Part shown: piece after piece, positions 1-7,580 of the stretch | How positions within the stretch are numbered: the stretch's first letter is position 1 | How the letters are laid out: each line of letters opens with the position of its first letter | Origin: Candidatus Krumholzibacteriia bacterium | GTDB taxonomy: Bacteria > Krumholzibacteriota > Krumholzibacteriia > WVZY01 | Reading direction: 5' to 3' | NCBI GenBank assembly: GCA_036478295.1 | Contig: JAZGDW010000099.1 | Coordinates: 1-22,073 of the forward strand | Length of the DNA stretch: 22,073 bases | Notes under the pieces: model-generated | What the model was told of the DNA's origin: nothing | Database searches by the model: none | What the model saw: the letters and a program-made list of their open reading frames with translations, nothing else | Program-made: the position numbers and the translations under genes

Positions 1-3000
1 GTCGCCGCGGCGGCATTGTTGGTCCACCGCGCGGAGCGCGCCCCGGAACCCCTCGAGGAAACCTGGCGGCAGGTGGAGACAGAACGCATCACGTTAGTGC
101 TGGCGGCGGTCGGCAAGCGCGTACAGAACCTGCAGGACCTCTCCGCTTCGATCGGCGCGCGCACGGCGGAATTCATCCTTGGGGTAGAAAGCCGGGGCGA
201 CACGCTGGGCACACGGCTGGCGGCCTTCCGGCTTCTCCGCGGTGAGGCGGAGCGCATTGCACGCGGCCAGACACTGCCGGCAGGCACGCAGATCGGCATT
301 CAGCTGTTCGACGGAGGCGGGGTACGCGCCGCGTGGGCGGGCTGGCCGCAGCAGATCGATGCGCAGGCGCAGCAGTTCATCGCCAGCGGCCGCGAACTGC
401 TGTACTCGCGCCAGGTGTCCCTGTATCGCATTCTGACCCACATCATTCCGGTATACGACGACGCGCAACGCAAGCACGCGACGGTTCTCGTCGACATGCC
501 GCTCGAAGTGAACTTCAAAGTCAACAACAAGTTTCTCAAGAGCACGAGCCTGGCCGACAACATCTCAAGAGGGATAGCGGCCAACGTGCGCTTCGAGTAC
601 TACCACACCGCCTCGAACCTGCCGGAAATCATGGGAGACCGAGACGGCGCGCAGGAGCGAAAGAGATCCCGCGGCGCGGTGGGCGGCGCCCCGGCGACCG
701 CGCGCGGCGATGACGCGGCGCCCGGCGGGCGGGCCTCCCCCGGCTTCATGGAACTTACCGGCAAGATAGACGGCGACAAGTCCTTTGGCCTCAGCGGCCG
801 GGTAGTGGTTCGCAGCGCCTTCGGCAATTCGTTGTTCAACATCACCGTCCTCGGCAGACCCTTCCGGTTTTTTGCTGGAGCGCACGAGAACCGGTACCAA
901 TTCCTTTGCAACGTATTGCTGCTGCTGGCGCTCACGTGTGGTTTCGTTTACTCGCTCAAGCGCTTTCCCGCGCGATTCCAGGGGCCGGCGTGCTCGCTCA
1001 AGGCGCTCTACCTGGTTGCTTTCTTCGTGTTTGTACGCTACTGGTTGCTGCTGTTCCAGCCCGGCCTGCTGTCCGGCAAGTTGAAGATATTCGACCCGGC
1101 GATTTTCGCGACACCAATTCTCGGCGGGTTGATGCAGAGCGGCGGCGACTTGCTCATTACGGCTCTGTTCTTCGTCGTGGCCTTGTACGGCGTGCTCAAG
1201 ATCACACGCGAAGCGGTAGGGACGAGGGAGACGGAACCCAGGACGACCGGGTGGGGATTCGTGGTCAATGGCCTGTTTGCGGTTGCCGTTCTGTTGGGCG
1301 CGTTTCAGCTGGTTACCCGCTTTGTGGCCAGCGTCGTGGTCAATGCCAACCCGCGGCTGCTCGGTGAGACGATGCGGCTCTTCGACGGCTACGCATCCCT
1401 GCTTCAGCTCAGCGTGTTCCTCATGATCTCCGGAATTTTTCTCAGCGGGATGATCGGCATTTGGGGTTTCTACCGCCTGTTCGAGCGCGGCGACTCCGTC
1501 CGGGCGTTCGTCCTGGCTGCCGGCGCGATACTGGTGATCGCTGTCTTCATGTCGCGCTGGGAGTTCGCATTCATATCCCTGTTGTTGCTCTTGTTCATTA
1601 TTTTCGCGCCGCGGATCGTGCAGCGCGAAGACCTGGTATCGACCGTAATCGTCGCGTTCGGCTTTGTGATAATCGTGGCAACGGCGTCGTACGTGTTTCT
1701 GCACAAGGAATACCAGGGTCTGCGTCAGTCTTTTGTACAGGAAAAGATAACGGAGCTGACCAATCCATCCGACAACTGGAAGGTGTTCATTCTGGAAGAC
1801 GTGCTGGAAGGTTTCTCTCAGGACAACAGCATCCGCCGTTCGTTTTCCAATCCGTCGCAGGAAAACTTCCAGCGGCTCGCCTTCGACCTGTGGGCGGGCA
1901 GTTCGCTCTCACTGCTCGGTTACAGCTGCGCGATTCATGTGTTCGACGAAGCGGACAGCATGGTCAGCCGCTTTGCGGTCGAGATGCCGTACCGCGTTCG
2001 CGTGGACGAAGAGACGGAGCGCATGGAAACACCGTCCTTGCAGGAGTGGGTGGTGCTCGACCTGACGACGGACACTCCGCGGGGGAGCGTACGCTTCTAT
2101 CGTGGCATCGTGAACATCGGGGACTATCTCGCCGCCCCCGGCGGCGGCCTCATGCACTCGTCGATGGGGAAAGTGGTGGTCGACATCCCGTTCTTTTTTG
2201 AAAACCTCGCGTGGGCGGCCAGGACCGGCCCGCAGACCCCGGAGGTGTTGAGGAACGTTCAGGAAGGCGGAGTGGAGCCGCGTCTCGAGGAGCCGGAGGC
2301 GCTCCTGCTCGCCCGCATTCGGGGGACGCGCGTTCTCGAGTCGTCGTCCGAGACACTGCCCGTCGGGTTTGCCTTCGAGCACGAGGAGCTGGACAGGGCC
2401 CTCAATCTCGAGTGGCCCTTGCTCTCCATTAGCGGAGCATCCTATCGCTTTCTACTGCGAGAGACCGGGGAGGGCGACGACAGTTACCTGCTCGCCGGTT
2501 TTCCGGCGCCGCCGCCGCTGCAGCACGTGCTGCGCTGGTCGACCATTCTCTCGCTCTACTTTTTCTTCGCCGTCGCGATCATCATCCTGATCATTCTGCT
2601 GAAGAGCCTGCCGTTCCTGGGAAGCGTGATGCCGACGCTCACGCCCGGCCGGCAGTTGGGGTTTCAGCAGAAACTGCTCGGGTCCTTTCTGATCATCGCG
2701 CTGCTGCCCGCGGTCATTCTTGGTGTTTTTTCCGTGCGTATGATCAAGCAACGGTTCGTGCAGGAGAACAAGAAGGAAGCAATGTACAAGTCGTTCAGCG
2801 CCGTCAAATCGCTGGAGAACATGGTGGCGGGTGAACTGAATTACCTGCTGGAGCATACGGATGTTACGGAGTTGATCGCCGGGTACATCCCGCGGTATTT
2901 CTTGAACGACACCGCTCATCTGGTACGGGTCTTCGACGAGAACGGGGCGCCGGTGGGGGCGAGCATCCTCGGCGACATCGACGGCGGGGGTGGCCCGGGG

Positions 3001-4866
3001 CGCCGTGACGACGCTCTGTCCGCAGAGGGCGGCCCGCCCACAGACACTCCCGGCATCGGCCCGATCTCCGACCCCGATTTTCAGGGCATCTGGAACCGAT
3101 TCGACCCGGAAGAGGTTTTCGTGAGCCGTATCGAAGGGCGACCCTACTTGGGGCTCTTGAGCCGCCCGGTCACCGTGGTGACGGACGAGGGGGTGCGGGC
3201 ATACACGGTCTATTATGGAAAGCTCCTCGACGAAAACCTGCTGGGCATGGTGGCGGACCAGGTCGGCGCGGACGTCAACCTGTACGACGGTGGCGAGCTC
3301 ATCGCCTCGAGCCGCGAGGGACTCTTGTCCGGCGGCTTCATCAGCGCGATGATGAACGCGGACGCGTACGTCAGAGTGTCGCTCATGGGTGTCGATCAGT
3401 CACTGGTGACCGAGACGGCGGGACGTTACCGCTACGAAGTTGCCTACCTGCCCGTGCAGAGTTCGGGATTCGAAGAAAACGCGGCGCTCGGCCTGCCGTT
3501 GCTGTTTCGTCCCGAGTCGTATCATGTCGACGTACAGAAGGCGACGTCGGTGGTGCTCGGTATTTTTGCCCTGCTCTCAGCGGCAACCATCGGATTGGGG
3601 CTCCTGCTCGCCCGTGGGATTTTCGAGCCCCTGAAAGGACTGCTGGAAGGAACGCGGCGAATTAGCCGCGGCGACCTCACGTTCAAGCTGCCGGCGAAAC
3701 GGCGAGACGAGATCGGTATCGTAGTCACGGCGTTCAATGAGATGACCAGCCAGTTGGCCCACTCGCGCGCTGCTCTCGACGAACGCCGGCGTTACCTGGA
3801 GGTCATTCTCGCCGGTATCGGCACGGGTGTTATCAGCACCGACGCCGATGATCGCATCCGTGCGATGAACCAGGCGGCGGAACGCATCCTCGGAGTGAAG
3901 GGCGCCGACGTGCTGGACCGGACCGGTGGGGAACTGGTAGAGCGCGGCGTCGCGACCCGGTTCTTCAGCCTGCTGGCAGGGGAGCCGTCGGCCAGAGAGC
4001 CTTTTGTGTCGTCGGAGTTCGACATCACCATGCGCGGGCAGCGGCGCACCATCAAGTACATGCACACCCGGCTCGACACCGAGGGCCGCTATATGGGTAC
4101 CGTCTATGTGTTCGAGGATTTGACCGAGCTGATCAACTCCAAGAAACTCTCCGCGTGGGTGGAGATGTCACGCCAGATCGCCCACGAGATCAAAAACCCA
4201 CTGACTCCCATCAAGCTCTCCGCCCAATTCATGGCCAAGGCGCACGAGGAGGGGGCCGACGATTTCGACAAGATATTCAAGGAAGGGTCCGACACGATCA
4301 TGCACCAGGTCGAGGTACTGCGACACATTGCCGCGGAGTTTTCCAGCTTCGGACGCCTGCAGCAGCTCGAGCTCGGCACGCACGACGTCGCCCGTTACAT
4401 CAAAGGCCTGGTGGCGCCGTACCGGCGTAACGACAACGGCGTGAACGTGTCGCTCGACGTTCCCGATACGGAGATGCCGGCAAACGTCGATCCCGAGGCG
4501 CTGCGCAAGATCTGCACGAACCTGATCGAGAACGCGCTGGAAGCCATGCCGGACGGCGGCGAGCTGCACATCGTGTGCGAAAACGCCGTGCAGGACGGAC
4601 GAGAGTGGAAGGACGCGGATCGGGGAACGCCGGAACGCGCGAACAGGGAGGGCGTGTGCATTTCTTTCCGTGATACCGGGCCGGGTTTGAGCGAGGAGGC
4701 GCAGCAGAAGCTCTTCGAGCCCTACTTCTCCACCAAAACGACGGGCACGGGGCTCGGACTGGCGATTTGCCGCAGCCTGTCACGCGAGATGGGCGGCGAC
4801 GTCGTCGTCGCGAATCTCGAGAACGGCCATGGGGTGGAGGCCAAACTGTACCTGCAGCCCGCGTGA
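1..4866 (+). CDS. Large multi-pass membrane sensor histidine kinase, NtrY-like (TM/periplasmic modules, HAMP, PAS, HisKA, HATPase_c); probably 5'-truncated by the window
   Basis: Frame is open from base 1 (VAAAALLVHR...), so the TTG at 16 is probably not the true start. H-box AWVEMSRQIAHEIKNPLTPI (NtrY-class signature), N-box NLIENALEAM, G1 DTGPGL, F-box LFEPYFSTK, G2 GTGLGL. HAMP: PLKGLLEGTRRISRGDL...DEIGIVVTAFNEM. PAS: GVISTDADDRIRAMNQAAERIL. Many hydrophobic helices upstream. TGA stop ends at 4866. Confidence 0.93.
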   Translation, partial: VAAAALLVHRAERAPEPLEETWRQVETERITLVLAAVGKRVQNLQDLSASIGARTAEFILGVESRGDTLGTRLAAFRLLRGEAERIARGQTLPAGTQIGIQLFDGGGVRAAWAGWPQQIDAQAQQFIASGRELLYSRQVSLYRILTHIIPVYDDAQRKHATVLVDMPLEVNFKVNNKFLKSTSLADNISRGIAANVRFEYYHTASNLPEIMGDRDGAQERKRSRGAVGGAPATARGDDAAPGGRASPGFMELTGKIDGDKSFGLSGRVVVRSAFGNSLFNITVLGRPFRFFAGAHENRYQFLCNVLLLLALTCGFVYSLKRFPARFQGPACSLKALYLVAFFVFVRYWLLLFQPGLLSGKLKIFDPAIFATPILGGLMQSGGDLLITALFFVVALYGVLKITREAVGTRETEPRTTGWGFVVNGLFAVAVLLGAFQLVTRFVASVVVNANPRLLGETMRLFDGYASLLQLSVFLMISGIFLSGMIGIWGFYRLFERGDSVRAFVLAAGAILVIAVFMSRWEFAFISLLLLLFIIFAPRIVQREDLVSTVIVAFGFVIIVATASYVFLHKEYQGLRQSFVQEKITELTNPSDNWKVFILEDVLEGFSQDNSIRRSFSNPSQENFQRLAFDLWAGSSLSLLGYSCAIHVFDEADSMVSRFAVEMPYRVRVDEETERMETPSLQEWVVLDLTTDTPRGSVRFYRGIVNIGDYLAAPGGGLMHSSMGKVVVDIPFFFENLAWAARTGPQTPEVLRNVQEGGVEPRLEEPEALLLARIRGTRVLESSSETLPVGFAFEHEELDRALNLEWPLLSISGASYRFLLRETGEGDDSYLLAGFPAPPPLQHVLRWSTILSLYFFFAVAIIILIILLKSLPFLGSVMPTLTPGRQLGFQQKLLGSFLIIALLPAVILGVFSVRMIKQRFVQENKKEAMYKSFSAVKSLENMVAGELNYLLEHTDVTELIAGYIPRYFLNDTAHLVRVFDENGAPVGASILGDIDGGGGPGRRDDALSAEGGPPTDTPGIGPISDPDFQGIWNRFDPEEVFVSRIEGRPYLGLLSRPVTVVTDEGVRAYTVYYGKLLDENLLGMVADQVGADVNLYDGGELIASSREGLLSGGFISAMMNADAYVRVSLMGVDQSLVTETAGRYRYEVAYLPVQSSGFEENAALGLPLLFRPESYHVDVQKATSVVLGIFALLSAATIGLGLLLARGIFEPLKGLLEGTRRISRGDLTFKLPAKRRDEIGIVVTAFNEMTSQLAHSRAALDERRRYLEVILAGIGTGVISTDADDRIRAMNQAAERILGVKGADVLDRTGGELVERGVATRFFSLLAGEPSAREPFVSSEFDITMRGQRRTIKYMHTRLDTEGRYMGTVYVFEDLTELINSKKLSAWVEMSRQIAHEIKNPLTPIKLSAQFMAKAHEEGADDFDKIFKEGSDTIMHQVEVLRHIAAEFSSFGRLQQLELGTHDVARYIKGLVAPYRRNDNGVNVSLDVPDTEMPANVDPEALRKICTNLIENALEAMPDGGELHIVCENAVQDGREWKDADRGTPERANREGVCISFRDTGPGLSEEAQQKLFEPYFSTKTTGTGLGLAICRSLSREMGGDVVVANLENGHGVEAKLYLQPA

Positions 4867-4915
4867 GGGTGACGGCCCCTTCTGCGACGGCCGGCGCGCA
4901 CGAATAACCCTGCTT

Positions 4916-7168
4916 TCATCTCAAGAGCACCAGCTTCTTGGTCGTTCGTCGACCGCCGGCGTTGAGACGGTAGAAATAGACCCCCGAGCTTACTTCGTTG
5001 CCATCGCCGTCCCTGCCGTCCCAGGTCACGCTGTGAGGCCCGCCATTCATGACGTCGTCGATGATTGTGGCAACAAGCTCGCCCTTAACGTCATAGACGA
5101 GCAGCTCCACAGCGGATCGGCGGGCAAGGGTAAACGAGATTGTTGTCGTCGGGTTGAAGGGGTTTGGGTAATTCTGATGGAGTGCGGGCAAGCTTCCGGT
5201 CGCTCCGGGAATCGAAGTAGGAACCTCAAGCTGCAGGATGTTAAATCCGCTGGTCAGCGGAGTAGCGGCATAGAAAAATGGCGGCGCCGCGACCGCACGG
5301 CCCGCGATCGCCTCGTCTGTATACAATCCGATCTCCACAGGATTCGCCGGGTCGCTCACCTGGACAATGTAGAGACCGCTGAACGTCGTTACATAAACGT
5401 AATCTCCGAACAGGGAGATGGCGTTGCCGTTTACCCCTGTCGAGTAGCTGCCGATCTCGGCAGGCGCGGTGGGGTTCGAAACGTCGATCACACGAAGCAT
5501 GGCGTCCGGCGGCGTCGATCCTGTTGCGAGGTACGCGTAGCTCCCTTCGATGACAATGTCGGAGACGTGACCCCCGAAGCCAAAGGTGGCGGCTTCCGTG
5601 GGGTTCGCCGGGTCGGAAATATCCATCACGCGAAGTCCGTCCTCGGCTCCGAGGTAAGCGTGAGGCCCTGATAGGGCGATCGCGTGGATGCGTTGATTCG
5701 TATTGTAGGTGGCAATCACTGTTGGATTCGACGGATCGGATACGTCATAGACGATGAAATCGTCGAAATCAAAGGTGTCTCCTCCCCCCGCATATGCGTA
5801 ATCACCGGACGCGTCGACCGCAGTCAGACAGCCCTTCAGACTGTACCCGAATCCAATACTGTCCGGGTTGGTCATATCGTACACCATGAGCCCGCCCCAC
5901 GTCAGATACCACGTGTCGCAGTTGGCCAGATAGACGGTCGTGCCCGACACCACGAGATCATACGTAGACACGCCGAAGTGGGTAGGGACGCCGACGGCCA
6001 CGATCGGATCGAGTGGGTTAGAGACGTCGAGAATGAAAAAGCCTTCGGTGTCCGTCATATAAACCAGACCGTTGTGTTCACAGGCGGACTGCGCAGAGCG
6101 CACCGCTCGAAAACGAGAGGTTTCTGTCGGATAGCTCGTGTCGGCTATGTCAATAATTTTTACGCCCTCTGACGAGCCTCCAACAAAGGCATAATTCCCG
6201 TCCACCACGAGCCTCTCTCCTTCGCCTGCCAGTGTCGAACCGACGGCCGTGGGACTCGTTGGCACGGATACGTCGACGACCTCGAAAGCACTTTGGTTCG
6301 TTACGTATGCGTAATTGCCTTGAACATCCACGTCACCACCCTGATCCTCCAAACGCAAGCTCGCCGCCAGGGCGGGATTCGCCGGATCAGATACATCCAC
6401 TATCCACAGGTCATAATGCGCGATGTACACGTAGCTCCCGGAGACATCCATACCGAGATCCCTGAGGCTCGTCGGCGAGTTCCACGAACCCTCCAGGTAT
6501 GGACTTGACGGATCGGCTACATTGAACACTTCCAGCTCGCCATCCGAGGCGTCCCAAACGTAAGCGTAGTTCCCCTGAACGACCACCCTCCACGGCCAGC
6601 CCGCAGTTGCCACAGAGCCCACCTCGAACGGATTTGTCGGATCTGAGATGTCCAGGACGCCAAAGCCATCCCGGCCCCGCGCGACGTATGCGTGGCTTCC
6701 CGAGACGGCCACACTCATGACGTCTCCGCCCGTCGCGGCACCCACCTCGATGAGATTCGCCGGGTCGCTGATGTCGATGACCCTCAGGCCGCTGTCAGCG
6801 TCTGCTACATAGGCGTAGTTCCCCGCCAGGACGATGTCCGCTATTTGTGTGTCGTAGGGAAACAGCAGGTTGCTGATCCGGGTGGGATTGGACTTGTTTG
6901 AGACGTCGATTGTAACCAGGAAGCGCCAAAGGCCCGCGTACACGACGTCACCGGCGACGGCGATCTCTTTGAAGGAACCACCTTCCACGGCTCGGATCAG
7001 GTTGACATTGCTGGAGAGACGGGGACTCGTACTGACGGGTGCGTCGGTGCGAATGGCCGCGGGTGCAACCTTCGATCTGCCGGGTTGACCGTTCGCGCCG
7101 GTAGTGAAAAGAATGCAAAGTACCGGAATTACTAAACCCAGTATCCGTATCGGCGGGTGCCTGACCAT
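4916..7168 (-). CDS. Secreted LVIVD-repeat (beta-propeller) protein with C-terminal FlgD-Ig / T9SS-type sorting domain
   Basis: Signal-peptide-like N-terminus (MVRHPPIRILGLVIPVLCILFTTGANG). About 14 repeats of the form V.V.GNYAYV...GL.V.DISDP.NP..VG. C-terminus LHQNYPNPFNPTTTISFTL...VYDVKGELV...VTWDGRDGDGNEVSSGVYFYRL...KKLVLLR. GGAGG lies 8 nt upstream of the ATG on the minus strand. Confidence 0.9.
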   Translation of the reverse strand: MVRHPPIRILGLVIPVLCILFTTGANGQPGRSKVAPAAIRTDAPVSTSPRLSSNVNLIRAVEGGSFKEIAVAGDVVYAGLWRFLVTIDVSNKSNPTRISNLLFPYDTQIADIVLAGNYAYVADADSGLRVIDISDPANLIEVGAATGGDVMSVAVSGSHAYVARGRDGFGVLDISDPTNPFEVGSVATAGWPWRVVVQGNYAYVWDASDGELEVFNVADPSSPYLEGSWNSPTSLRDLGMDVSGSYVYIAHYDLWIVDVSDPANPALAASLRLEDQGGDVDVQGNYAYVTNQSAFEVVDVSVPTSPTAVGSTLAGEGERLVVDGNYAFVGGSSEGVKIIDIADTSYPTETSRFRAVRSAQSACEHNGLVYMTDTEGFFILDVSNPLDPIVAVGVPTHFGVSTYDLVVSGTTVYLANCDTWYLTWGGLMVYDMTNPDSIGFGYSLKGCLTAVDASGDYAYAGGGDTFDFDDFIVYDVSDPSNPTVIATYNTNQRIHAIALSGPHAYLGAEDGLRVMDISDPANPTEAATFGFGGHVSDIVIEGSYAYLATGSTPPDAMLRVIDVSNPTAPAEIGSYSTGVNGNAISLFGDYVYVTTFSGLYIVQVSDPANPVEIGLYTDEAIAGRAVAAPPFFYAATPLTSGFNILQLEVPTSIPGATGSLPALHQNYPNPFNPTTTISFTLARRSAVELLVYDVKGELVATIIDDVMNGGPHSVTWDGRDGDGNEVSSGVYFYRLNAGGRRTTKKLVLLR

Positions 7169-7210
7169 GGGAACCGCCTCCGCTGCGAGTGGGGTTTCCC
7201 AGAACTAACC

Positions 7211-7415
7211 TTGATCCGTCAGAAACCCGCTGTCTTAAGCCGGGGCCGGGCGCCAGGATGGGGGTCGACGGCGAGTTCCGCAGCGCGCCGACCGCCCACG
7301 GATTATGGGGGACAGGAACACGTTCCTCGTCGGCGCGCGAGGACTGTTTGAGCCGGAGCGCCCCCATCCTGGCGCCCGGCCCATCAGCACAGACCCATTG
7401 TTTCTGACGGATCAA
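7211..7415. repeat. 205-bp nested inverted-repeat element (MITE/REPIN-like DNA or structured RNA)
   Basis: Three perfect reverse-complement pairs: TTGATCCGTCAGAAAC 7211-7226 with 7400-7415 (16 bp); GGGCCGGGCGCCAGGATGGGGG 7243-7264 with 7361-7382 (22 bp); GCGCGCCGAC 7283-7292 with 7329-7338 (10 bp). Two small apical hairpins: CCCA/TGGG 7295-7309 and AGGAA/TTCCT 7314-7327. Confidence 0.92.
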
Positions 7416-7420
7416 AAGTA

Positions 7421-7429
7421 AGTGTAGCA
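7421..7429 (-). promoter_or_regulatory. Candidate extended -10 promoter (TG-C-TACACT) firing toward the hairpin element and the LVIVD gene
   Basis: Minus strand reads TGCTACACT, matching TGnTAnnnT. No good -35 at 17 bp. Predicted start site is about 7413-7415. Confidence 0.4.
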
Positions 7430-7472
7430 CGTCTTAGGCTACGACGCGAGGTAAAAGCGTTCCGGAGAGGAA

Positions 7473-7554
7473 TGACAGCACACTGTCAAGTGAATGACAG
7501 CATACTGTCAAGTGAGTGACAGCATACTGTCAAGTGAGTGACAGCATACTGTCA
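7473..7554. repeat. Tandem array of four 16-bp palindromes TGACAG-CAYA-CTGTCA, 22-bp period
   Basis: Copies at 7473-7488, 7495-7510, 7517-7532 and 7539-7554. Linkers AGTGAA, AGTGAG, AGTGAG. Followed by a T6 run (7555-7560) on the + strand. Confidence 0.95.
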
Positions 7555-7580
7555 TTTTTTGTTAGGGAAAGCGCTTCGAC

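Noticed and set aside
4867..4915. Bidirectional terminator between the convergent kinase and LVIVD genes
   Set aside because: No convincing stem with a U-tract on either strand.
7211..7415. Retron msr-msd or DGR element
   Set aside because: No reverse transcriptase in the window and no template/variable repeat pair seen.
6948..7430. ORFs 6948-7430 (-), 7157-7351 (+) and 7189-7407 (+)
   Set aside because: They read through the inverted repeats (PGPGARMG and PILAPGP appear on both strands) and show no protein-like features.
7473..7554. Palindromic repeat array as a CRISPR array
   Set aside because: Repeats are only 16 bp, the linkers are 6 bp and nearly identical, and there are no cas genes in the window.
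7203..7567. Integron attC site (minus strand CCCTAAC ... GTTAGTT flanking palindromic DNA)
   Set aside because: The span of about 365 bp far exceeds attC size, both core sites deviate from RYYYAAC/GTTRRRY, no pairing L boxes lie next to them, and there is no integrase.
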